From NCBI GenBank assembly GCA_951406725.2, contig OX597820.1:69068001-69132000 (forward strand): a stretch of DNA of 64,000 bases. Reading direction: 5' to 3'. This DNA comes from Octopus vulgaris (Eukaryota). The translations under genes and the position numbers were made by a program. Below, piece by piece: positions 28,025 to 41,139 of the stretch; position 1 is the stretch's first letter; each line of letters begins with the position of its first letter. The notes beneath the pieces were generated by a model that made no database searches, was not told where the DNA came from, and saw nothing but the letters and a program-made list of their open reading frames with translations.

Positions 28025-28136
<112 letters not shown>

Positions 28137-28502
28137 ATACATATACATATATATATATATAATGGAGTTTGATTGAGAATAAGATAGAGACATGGATAGA
28201 AAGGAGAACTGAATAGCTAAGGATGTTACATCGACGGAAATTACATTCTTTCCTTTCTTCTTTCCTTCTCCCTTTTCTTCATTCATTCTTTCGGTCATCC
28301 TTTCTTTCCACCTATTCTTTCAACTCCTTTTTCTTCATTGTCTCCTTCAGTCTTACTCGCCTTTCTTTTTCCTTCTATACAGAATTTGTCACTACAGATA
28401 CATATATTAAAGGAAAAGGAAAAAAATATGCACTATTGCTAACAAAGAAATTTACATCAAAGTCTATGCAAACTATATTTCCATTGTGTGTGTGTGTGTG
28501 TG

Positions 28503-28536
<34 letters not shown>

Positions 28537-28801
28537 TATATTAAAGAATGTGTTATGTAAAATATACAGGCTCGCATACATAGTCACAAACAAGCACGCA
28601 TAAGCACATATACAAATTCATATATGCAAACATATCCCAAACACATGGCCTCAATATATATATATATACATATATATATACATATATATATATATATACA
28701 CTCACACACATATATATGTACACACACACACACACATATATATATATACGTGTGTGTGTATACTATAAATATACAGGTATACATACTTATATACATATAT
28801 A

Positions 28802-28850
<49 letters not shown>

Positions 28851-28877
28851 TCATACATATACTTATACATATATATA

Positions 28878-29147
28878 TACTCTCTTTTACTCTTTTACTT
28901 GTTTCAGTCATTTGACTGCGGCCATGCTGGAGCACCACCTTTTAGTACTTATTCTATCGGTCTCTTTTTGCCGAACCGCTAGGTGACGGGGACGTAAACA
29001 CACCAGCATCGGTTGTCAAGCAATGCTAGGGGGACAAACACAGACACACAAAGACACACACATACATATATATACTTCTTTCAGTTTCCGTCTACCAAAT
29101 CCACTCACAAGGCATTGGTCGACCCGGGGCTATAGCAGAAGACACTT
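28878..29147 (-). mobile_element. Family A SINE, headless and internally deleted
   Basis: High identity to 50394-50720 but lacking the segment between CCTTTAGT and TAGTACTT. Confidence 0.9.
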
Positions 29148-29182
29148 ATAACGCATATACCAGGCAACCGTGTATACATACT

Positions 29183-29281
<99 letters not shown>

Positions 29282-29447
29282 ATAAATATATACACGAACA
29301 CATACATACTCATATATATTCCTTCATAGAAACAAATTAGTGCAAGTTTTCTATTATTTGTAGGTCACAAATATACAAATGTACACAAATTTGTATTTCG
29401 TATAGGCATATACATACATATGTGTATGTGTGTGTATACACACACAT

Positions 29448-29519
<72 letters not shown>

Positions 29520-29768
29520 ACACTCACAAGCATATATGGGTATGTATATCAATGTGTATAGAGTTGCAGATGCATACCTATATGCATAAATTCATATATA
29601 AAGAAATTCATAAACAGATAAATCATTTATGAATGGATAGAGATATTCATGCAAGCCACTGGAAATAAGCGGTTTATTGATTACAAAATACATATTTTTA
29701 CACTTATGAAAAGGTCTATGCTTTTGTATGTGTATCTCGGTGTGTTTGTGTGTGTGTGTTTGTTTGTT

Positions 29769-29816
<48 letters not shown>

Positions 29817-31098
29817 TGTGTGTGTGTGTGTCCATGTGAGAGAATGAAAGATTTTGTGTTTGTGAGAGTGAGGAAGACAGAATGAAAGAGAAAAATAGAC
29901 ACAAAAGGAGACACTGTATGTCAGTGATTTTATATGGACAAGTTCTCTATGTTTCCATAAGTACATACATTCATACATACATACATATATACATACATAC
30001 GTATGAGTGTGTGTGTGTGTTTGTATGTGTGTGTGTATATATTTATGTACAAATATGCATATGGGAATGCATGTATGGATGTGTACATTCCTTTGTATTC
30101 ATACACATGCATATATATATATATATCACATATAACGTGTACCTATGTGGAATATTAAACTTATATTTGTGTGTTTTTAACATTATTTGTGATGTATACG
30201 AATATTTTCAAATACATATAACTTTCTCTCTCTCACACATACACACACAGATACACACACACACACACACTCACACACACACATATATATATATAATACA
30301 TGCACATGCATGCATATTATACATACATACTTGCATACAGGCAAATATTCATTGCTTTTATGTGAGAGTGAATGTGCACACGTCAACTAGATTATGTCTG
30401 TGCATATCTCTGTACTTTAGTGTTGATATGCATGTGTATTTGCTGTGGTCTATACATATGTACTGGCTCCTATATGCATATGTGCATTTCGGATCAGTGT
30501 CTTCTTGCACACATCTGCAAGCATGCATATGCTCAATTTGTCATGTGTACGAATTTAAATATGCATAAAAATATAAACTTTTTTTTTGCTACATATCAAT
30601 ACAGAATAACGATATTTAGTAATTAAAGTAAAAAATAATATGGAAATATTTTAATAAAGTAAAATTTTTAGAATAAATGTGTATATATGTATATTTTCAC
30701 ATATATATATATTTATTTTATCTATATATGTGTGTATATACACATATATACATGTGTATCCATTCACACACATATATATATACACGTACACGTGTGAGCG
30801 TGTTTTTCTACTGATGAAGTTGTTTAACCTACATTAGATGTTAACCATCATATCTAAATCCCAATGCTTTCGGATCGCTAATACAATTTCTTACGCTTTG
30901 TCATTTTATAACGTATCCTTCTTTTTGGTGCGGTTGGGGCGACGTTGGAAGGTTTGGAAAGCATGGCATAAAATTTGAGGTTGTTTGGGTTACTATTTCT
31001 AGGAGAAAGACCTGGCGTGTATTTGCTCCATCCCTTCCTTACACGTATTCCTTTAGATTGTAATGTTATTAAAACATTTCTCTCTCGGTCTCTGTATG

Positions 31099-31154
<56 letters not shown>

Positions 31155-31182
31155 GATTCCTCTCTCGGTCTCTGTATGTATG

Positions 31183-31213
<31 letters not shown>

Positions 31214-31934
31214 GTACATGTATATGTATATATATATATCTATATACACATATATATACATATATATATACACATATATACATATATACATATATATATA
31301 GATAGATATACATATATATATATATATATATATCGAGTGAGAGAGACAGAGAGGCTGAGGTACGCGTGGGCGTGTATGTTCAACACATACAAGCTCGTTA
31401 AAATCATGCGTTTGTGTATGAATGAGTGTATGTTTATGCGTGTGTATGTATGTGTGTGTTTATATATATATATATATGTGTGTATTCAAGCATACATAAG
31501 GTTATGCATATGTATATAATTATTGGAAGTGTATGCCTGTTGACATGTAGATGTGTATGTTCATAAGTCACGTATGCTTCAAAGAACACCGCAGTTGCAT
31601 ACTCAAGCATTACACTTCAAATTTTTATTATCATTTATAAGTTTTAGCATGTTATCATGTACTTTGATCTCCATTTTATCAGGAGAAATAAACTCAGATA
31701 CCCTTTTCCCAAGATCTATTTGAATAATATACGGAATGTTCAGAAGATACATATATTTATAATACTTCATAGCTGGTGCATGGTTTACGTTTCTCTGTCT
31801 ACCGCCTCACCTGCTCATCTATCTCTATATAGAACCCTTCGAGTTTCTTTCTCTGTTTTTGTACACACAGACACACGTGTTTGTCTATAATACGCATATG
31901 TATGTTTGTGTGTGTGTGTATGTGTGTCCCGTTT

Positions 31935-32112
31935 GTTCTTTTACAGTTTTGATTCATTGAACTGCGACTAGTATTATTTTCAAAGATGCAAGTTTATCTT
32001 ATAAACTATATACACTAAATTAGTCAATCTGGTAAGGATTTGATAGTTTCTACTTATCGAATCACTAAGCTGCGAGACTACTAGACTAATGGACGTAACA
32101 TAAACAACACAG
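31935..32112 (-). mobile_element. Family A SINE 3' part, strongly diverged
   Basis: TTCTTTTACAGTTTTGATTCATTGAACTGCGAC..TATCGAATCACTAAG..GGACGTAAC..AAACAACACAGGTTTG. Confidence 0.5.
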
Positions 32113-34178
32113 GTTTGTATGTAAGTTCTCATCTACTTTTGATCATTTGAAATCTTCCTGCAAATAAGGAGCTGATTTCTTACAAAGATATAAAGCTCCA
32201 TTATTGGAATGTAAATAGCAAAAACATTGTGATATTCGAACTTGAGAAACGTCTTGCACATTTTTACTATTCCACTTAATGGTTGTATTATCATAAGTGT
32301 GATAGCTGGTTGATTTAATTTTCTGTAACTGTAGCTTTCTAGATTGTCACATATTTATTCACTAACAAAGTGAATTGCATCAATTATTATTCGTATCAAT
32401 GAGAATTTAGTATCTGGGTATAGAAATTGAACATTTCGAAATTGTTGTCTGCATTTATCCCTTTTCTCATTTGATTTCCTAAAAGATATTCACACCAACG
32501 AGGTAGATGACCTCTGTGAAGCTACATACTTTTTCTTGACTATGTATATACAATACGAACACCTGTGTATTCAAATGAGAGACGAGAAATTTCAATGCAT
32601 TAGATGGAATACCTTGTAGTTCAACAAATAATGACTCATAACGCCTCTAATCGAAGGTTCAAAGGCACGAAATCACGCACGTGTTCAATTGATAAGATGT
32701 CCGCAGTGAATCACAGACATCTGATCGGTTTGACATACATGCAGCAGTGGTTGTTGTGATGGTGATAGCGATGAGATACAGTAATAGTAGTGATTGTATT
32801 GGTTGTAGTGTTCATGGTAGTGATGCTAATGGTGTTGATGGCACTGGTGGTACTGAGTGGTGTTGGTGGTGGTGGCATTCATGGCGATTCAGAAGATGGT
32901 GCTATTGTTGCATTGATGATTATGATATTAGTTTTAGCAGTAGATGTCATCTCTTGATAAAATAGACGAATACAGGTATAACAAATACCATATAACATTC
33001 ATTCTTGATTTATTGAAATAATCTCTGGTCTAATTGATGTATCATAATCGCCACCAGGCAGTTAAGGCCAGTTCAATTCAAGACGGGTAGACAGTCTCAA
33101 AAAATTAGAAAATTCTCCAAGACTCGATTAAACCATTCCATTTGTGACCACCTGTTTTTTTTTGTGTGTGTGTACAAAATAAAAACCCTATCGAATGAAA
33201 TCTTGTTTTCATCAGTAAACTGTGTTTTATGAGATTTTGGCTACTGTTACCAGAAGATCAACTTTAGCTGTTTATTCGTTGTATAGCAATGATAATCTTA
33301 ATGTTACTGCTATATTATTTGTGGCACAATAAATATAGTTATACGAAATCCAGCTGTGATAATCTCGTTTATTTTCTGAGATGCAGCGTATCAGTATCAC
33401 ATTGTGCATTTTGTTTTCTGCAAAACGTTGCATTGTCATACGAAATGCTACTAGTGCTGCTGCTGCTGCTGCTGATAATGAGGATATAAAAATGGTAGTA
33501 AAATGAAGAGTGTGACGTCCACAATGATGAGGATCAAAGAGATGATGATGAAGGTGATGATGATAAGGATGAAAGTAACGACGAATATAGTGATGATCAT
33601 GACAATTATGATGATATGACTGTTACAACGCTGACGATGATAATTATAATGATGACGTTGACTAAAATGATGATGATGATGATGATGATGACTATAACGA
33701 TAGGAATAATGAGGATGATGATGGGGAAGTGGAGTAGGGCAACGACGACGATGATCGCGAGGGTGATGAAAAAGTTGATAATAATAGTAATAGTTTAGCA
33801 ATCGATTTAATCTTATTGAAACTAAACTTCAAAAGCAGAAGCTGTTCAGACCGCTGTTGATGCCACTGCAGCTGCTGGTGCGGTTTCTACTTTTTACTGC
33901 TGCTGCTTCTGCTGCTGCTGCTGTTGCCCACAGTTGTTAAAGTGGCAACAGAACTGATATCGCTAATACCACCAGCCACTACGATACACACCACTCATCA
34001 CTATCGACATCATATGTGTGTGTGTGTGTCTGTGTGTGTATACTCATATGTATATAAGATATGAATATATATATATATACATATATGTAAATATACATAC
34101 ATGCACACACACAGACATACACACACATATATATACAAATATATACATGCACACATATATACATATATATATATATAC

Positions 34179-34210
<32 letters not shown>

Positions 34211-35610
34211 AATACATATCAAATAAATTCTCGATTTATTAACATTGTCTCCTTCTAGCGATGTGGCACAATTGCTAAATGGTAACTGAGACCAATTCCA
34301 CATAAGAAGTGGAGTTAGTCAGAATAATCAAGAATTCTCCAAAGTTGACATGAAAATAAAAGAGAGATTTTTAGGCAGAAGACAGAAGACAGATGAAGAC
34401 ACGTGTTTCGGTTTCAATAGGCGACAAGCTCATTACGACTGTCCCACGTTATCGTTAGAAGCCAAAGATTTAGATTTAAACAAGTCAGCTTAGAAAATAT
34501 TTATGTTTAAGAAATTTGCATAATTTAAACCAAATGAGCTACGATAAACAACTGTGTAGCCACTAGCACGTCTTTGTACAGCATTAACAAATACAGGTAT
34601 ATCAAATACCACACAACATAAACTCTTGATTTATTAAAATTATCTCGCCTCTAAAGGTTGTGTCATAATTGTCAAGTGGAAGATGGAAATAATCGCTTGA
34701 ATGAAAATTTCTCGAAATTTGACGTCATTCAGAACGTTTGTTTAACTTGTGCAAATGAAATAGGAAATATATGTTCTTCTGTTTTCCATATCTAAGTCTC
34801 TATTAAGGCTACGATAGAAAAATCAGCATACCGATGACGCATATTGAAGCAGAAGCAAGTGTCCACTAATATCCTTTGTCTCCGAATCCTCTTATTAATG
34901 CTATGTGGAATTTAAGGAATAATTTTATTCTCGAGATCACCTCCCCATCTCATTTCGAGCTGATCACAACTGTCATATTTTAGGAACAGTTATGAATTAA
35001 AAGCCGGTGAGACTAGTCTGGCAGATAACGATTCCAGAGTTCCAGACTATACTGAATAGCTATAAGTTTGTGTTTACTTCAAAAGTCAATCTCTAGCGTT
35101 TGAAACATTTTTTCTCTGTCCAGTTAAGGTATTTTTTTTTTTCAAGGGAATTGCACATTTTCAACACTTTCAAAAATAGTTACTACTAACATCCATAATC
35201 ATTTAGGATCTGAAACTGGTAAAAGTATACATCTCCGCCAAATTTATATTGCAAATTCATATCGCGACATATTACTATATATAGAGGTAAATAGAAGTAT
35301 TTTACAAAGATATACACATGTATACACACTTGTAGATACATATATATATATATATAAGTACACAAGTGTGTGAATTTGCGAGTGAGTAAAATGTGGCTGA
35401 AAAGATATATAACGAAGTCGTTCAAGTGTTTATGCACATAAAATCTGAATCGTCAATACAAATGAAAAAATAAATAAAATAAATAAATAAACAATTCTAA
35501 TCTCGGTATCCATATAATAAAGATATTCAACAAAACCAGTGAACATAACACCACCAATGATAATAATAATAATAATAATAATGATAATAATAATAATAAT
35601 GATAATAATC

Positions 35611-35672
<62 letters not shown>

Positions 35673-35839
35673 TAATAATAATAATAATAGCTATTGCAAG
35701 TAACACTTTTATTAAATGTAGTTAGGTTTTTTTGCTATATGTTGCTTTTTCAAAAAAATTACTACTTATAAATAGCATTTTAATATTTTTTTCAACCAGA
35801 ACGTTAATATAGGTCCATGGTCAGTACTTTTATCTGGTA

Positions 35840-35877
<38 letters not shown>

Positions 35878-35981
35878 ATTTTATCCATATACACATGAAA
35901 GTGTACACATAGGTTCATATGCATGCATGCACATACATACATCCGTGTGCGTATGTATGCACACACACACACATACACACA

Positions 35982-36017
<36 letters not shown>

Positions 36018-36174
36018 GATTATGATTATTATTATTAACCCTATATTTTTGTTGTGAATATTCCTACATGTGATCGAATGTGCCCCAAAGTACCTGGGAT
36101 ATGCATGTGCGAGAGATTAAGTTCAACGTTCACTATCTCTTCTTGCATACATGCACACACTATATATATGTGTG

Positions 36175-36217
<43 letters not shown>

Positions 36218-36639
36218 GTGTGTATGTGTGTGTTTGTGTGTGTGTGTGTGTGTGTTTTGCAATGTGTGCAGCGTGTGGTGTAAACATATCAAACATTGTT
36301 TCAAGTATATTATACTCTTCTATAATTTCTGGCTCTTTGCAGTGATAGAGGCTCAATTACTGTTCCTTCCCTAGAATCTTCCAAAGAGAATAACAATAAT
36401 CAAGTCTTTATAGCTTCTTTCTTTCTTTCTTTCCTTCGGTTTCTTTATATAAGCTCAGCATTTATATTTTCTTTTATTTTTTAACCTCGTCTGTATTTCT
36501 ACAGTTCTTGTTTCTCTTTATACGTTTTACCTTTTTGCTTTAATTTTAGATTTTTACACATGTTTTTGACATACTTTATAAATCTGAAATATATATTTAT
36601 ATATGTGAGCTGCAGTGATTTTGTGCTTTTATGTATAAA

Positions 36640-36685
<46 letters not shown>

Positions 36686-36774
36686 TATTCATACATATAT
36701 ACATATATCCATATATACATAGATATATATATATACATACATATATATACATATACATATATATTTATACATAC

Positions 36775-36806
<32 letters not shown>

Positions 36807-37121
36807 ACATACATATATATATACATATATATATATATACATACATATATATGTACATATATATACACATTTATATACATACATATATATATATACATAT
36901 ATATAAATACATATATATATATATACATATATATATTTACATATATATATAAATACATATATATATACATATATACATATATATATTTACATATATGTGT
37001 GTGTTTAGGTATATATAATGCTTATGGGTGCACCTATGTGTATATTATATATGTGTATGTATGTGTGTATGTATTCCACATCATCGCGTTTACTCATTTT
37101 TTCCCCTACCCGACACACACT

Positions 37122-37156
<35 letters not shown>

Positions 37157-37443
37157 CATTTTTTTTTCTTTTCTGAACTTATTTGTTTCAGATGGAAATT
37201 TATATTATCATTGAAACACCACCACCCCGCTGTCCACGACCCTTCCCCCCACCACTGTCTGTTCACCTTCTACATGGAATAGAGAAGACATAGTTTCTCG
37301 CTCTGAAGACAAGAGTAACCTATTATTTGCGCAAAACACATTCTTTGTTCCTATTCTTTGATTCTCTAGCTCTATGTTAGCATCAATAAGAAAGAAATGT
37401 ATTTCTTACAGAGAAATCTATATTTGTGTTCTGATTTTCATTT

Positions 37444-37494
<51 letters not shown>

Positions 37495-37705
37495 ATATAT
37501 ATATGTATGTATGTATGTATATATGTGTTTTGTATGTATGCATGTGTGTTTGTGAGAGTGTAGCACTTGCCTGCGCATACAGAGTGACACACATGCCCTC
37601 ATCTATTTCAGTATATGTAGACATGTTTACATATATGCGTTAGTACATGGTTGTGAATGTGTATCTGCAATGAGACTATTAAATTTCGTTAAAACTCTCT
37701 TCCTC

Positions 37706-37736
<31 letters not shown>

Positions 37737-37742
37737 GAGTGT

Positions 37743-37828
<86 letters not shown>

Positions 37829-38034
37829 TTTTAAATTTATTTTATAGATCTAAATTGTTTCTGAGCGAACTTCACAAATGAGGTTGTCATTAGTTGCCAT
37901 TAGTCTGTCTCCAAGAATTCTTGCAAATTTTGACTGCATTATCTTCTCTTCTGCAAACGCATAGGGGATATATTGCAAATTATTATTCACTTGCACAAAC
38001 ATACGCACTTTTGTATACAAACCACAGAATATCA

Positions 38035-38134
<100 letters not shown>

Positions 38135-38584
38135 TGTGTGTGTGTGTGTGTGTAAAACATACATTTTGGCGTTTCAGCGTTTACATTTCCGCACAAAGGA
38201 TATATTGACAATAAACTTTCAACAATACTCAGTGCCTTTACAATCGTAGCAATGGCACGTCGAGACAAATAACGAATATCTAATAAAGAAATAACAAATA
38301 ACGAATATCTATAAAATGAACATTAATGAGAGTTAATGGATTATTTCATAGCCATAATAATATTGCTTGATTTTTAAAAATAGAATTTACTATGAATATA
38401 TTCTTTGTCGTACAAAATATACTTTTGCTCTACATGTAATTTAAAATTGAGAATGCTTAGGAAAATCCTTAGAACGGGTGTCCGAAGAGTCTTTAATACT
38501 TAGTTTATACGTCACGGTCTTTGAAGATGCGAATTACATTTACTCTTGGACAATACGCTGGGAAAATCCATATTTTAGGTTTCT

Positions 38585-38630
38585 ATGATTACTGAAGAGA
38601 GAAGAAAATGCTCGAAATGCATCTACCAGT
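38585..38630 (+). ncRNA. Minimal hammerhead-ribozyme-like motif with canonical core
   Basis: CTGAAGA (38592-38598)-GAG(AAGAAAATG)CTC-GAAA-TGCATC: palindromic ATGCAT stem III and AUC triplet; stem I pairs poorly. Confidence 0.55.
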
Positions 38631-38919
38631 TCTCTGAACAGATTTTGATATATTTACATCATTTGTTTTATCATGATTTTTTTTTTCTCCATGACAAACC
38701 GCATTGAAATGCCCAATTACAAGTCAAATATGTCCCTATCAAATTTGAACTGATCCGAAGTTTGCTTTTTTCATACTACTGTTTCCAGCACCACCCACTG
38801 ATAATGGCAGTATTAAAGTACCTGTTGAGGAACAGTTAGTTGAAAGCGAGCTAGGAAAAATGCATCTTAAATGGGACTAGTTATAGAGAGCTGCTAAACT
38901 CTGGTGTAAATGATGACAA

Positions 38920-39028
38920 ATTATCAATACCAGTAATGTGTTGGTACTTATTTCATCAACCGTGAAAGGATGAAAAGTGAATTCCGACGAAATGCCGACG
39001 TGCTTACGATTTTTTCAGCTCACCGCCT
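38920..39028 (-). mobile_element. Family B SINE fragment
   Basis: TGGTACTTATTTCATCAACCGTGAAAGGATGAAAAG..CAGCTCACCGCCTT. Confidence 0.7.
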
Positions 39029-39344
39029 TTATAATAAATTGTCTGTTAGAAAGTAGCCCACTATCTGGGCCATATCGACATACTTACCCACTCAAGTGTT
39101 AACGCTTGACAGAATATAACTAGTACTCAATTAGGATATTCAATACCCTCCTACACGAAGGGCATCGGTGTAATGATAGTAAGGGAACCAGTTTAATGCT
39201 TATTGCTGTTGAGCTTTGACGGAACACAATTATGAACAAATTTAACAGATAGACTGATAGACAGATCTTTGAAAGCTGAAGCTCTGCCAATCTTGGTTGT
39301 GGCTCAATGAATAGGCGAGGGCATGGCTATATATTTGTCCGTAC

Positions 39345-39510
39345 TACCACTTGACAACTAGTGTTGGTTCATTTATGCATCCTTAACTTAGCAGATTGGC
39401 TCAAGAGGCCGATAGAATAAATACCGAACTTGGAGAAAATATCAGTACTGGGGTCGATTTGCTTGACTCTACAACATGGTAGCCGTCCAATGACTGTAAT
39501 AAGTAAAAGG
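39345..39510 (+). mobile_element. Family A SINE 3' half, diverged
   Basis: CACTTGACAACTAGTGTTGG..TAACTTAGC..CCGATAGAATAAATACC..GTACTGGGGTCGATTTGCTTGACT..AATGACTGTAATAAGTAAAAG. Confidence 0.8.
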
Positions 39511-39729
39511 TAAATCAGATTTGACCTGTGACTAAATCACAATAACAGTGCGATTAATATCGGCACCATTTTGTACGTGTTTTTAGCGGAGAGAAAATAT
39601 CAAGTGCTTCAGTTTACCTTAGGGACAATTCCGTGATAAAACTTAACACTGAGTAATGTATTTCAAAGACAACATTTACAAGATTTTATCTCCGAATCGT
39701 ATATTGAAGAACACATAGCGTTTAATGAC

Positions 39730-39907
39730 CGATAGCCCCACACACCACACTGAACGAAACGCTAGTCCTTTGCAAGGTTACTTATTTACAGCATCGTAAA
39801 ATGAATTTTATTGGTGCCAAGCATAATATACCGCCTGGTTAGACAATCGAAACCACAAACTTGCAATCGCCAGTGCACCGCCCCAACCACCAGGCCACAT
39901 GCCTCAC
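39730..39907 (-). mobile_element. tRNA-headed SINE, D-like, diverged
   Basis: Minus strand GAGGCATGTGGCCTGGTGGTTGGGGCGG..GGTTTCGATTGTC: A and B boxes. Confidence 0.55.
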
Positions 39908-39997
39908 AAATTCTATACTATACCATTTATATCTAATCCACTGCTTTGACGATTCCATACACTTTCAACATAAGTAATGATAATAGAAAAAAAACCC

Positions 39998-40059
<62 letters not shown>

Positions 40060-41076
40060 TCGTAATTTTCTTTGGCAATATTCAGCATTTTTTAAATTTA
40101 TTTTTTAAAGAAAATACCTTTTATGGTTTTTCCAAAACCAAAATGTATTTAAACCATCAATTTCAATGATTAAGAAAGAGATTATGAAATGTTCTGCTTT
40201 CCAAAGATTATCTGAGTTTAAATATTAATGCTCATTTGAATTAGATTCAAGTATGCATATGCTCACACTGATACACGTAGCTACATACACAACACACGAA
40301 AATATATGTGTCCGTACAGGCGAATGCGTGTGTGTGTAATATATGTATATAGAAACATATACAGGCACAAGTATACGCATATAAACATGCGCACGTACAT
40401 ACATACGCGCATACATAAAAGCATATACATGCATACCCACACGCCTGTGGCTATCAAATTGCTTTGAGGGCTGGCTGTTTGCAAAAGAATAATAATACTA
40501 CTACAACAAATAATAAATACTGTATGTGTCTAAAAAGTAATACAAAATAAAACAGAACAATATAGATTTTTCAATCGTGGCTTCCGGTCTGAACTCTTTT
40601 ATCAAGAATCGTTTCCACCATCTGTAATTTGGATGGTTTTCATGATTAATGTACAACACAAACCAGTCGCCATATTTATAACGTTTCTTTATGAAATATA
40701 GTACTTTCTTAAATAAAACAATATTATATATCCAAAGAACTGAGAAAGCATATATATATATTCCTTCCTTCAGCACACTGAATTTGTCTTCTGGCTAATT
40801 TGACATATTTTGCTTTTACCTTTTTTTCTCTCTCCATTTTCTTTCCTTTTTTGCCTGGTATTAGTCTTTTTCCTTCCTATTTTTTTGTTTCTAATTACTT
40901 TTTTTTTATATTTCTATATGAATTTTGTGTTGCTTTTACATGTATTTCGTTATGTACTTTAGCATTTATTACTATTTCTTTTACTCTCCAAATACTACTT
41001 AGTTTGTACATGTGTGTATCGTATAAGCATTTGGGTTTTTCTGTGATTATAGAATCCTACAATGGAGCCGAAGGAT

Positions 41077-41139
<63 letters not shown>

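Noticed and set aside
37302-37340. Hammerhead at CTGAAGA
   Set aside because: GAAAC and the cleavage triplet are not recoverable. Similar partial matches at 24507, 30810, 41268 and 63108 were rejected for the same kind of reason.
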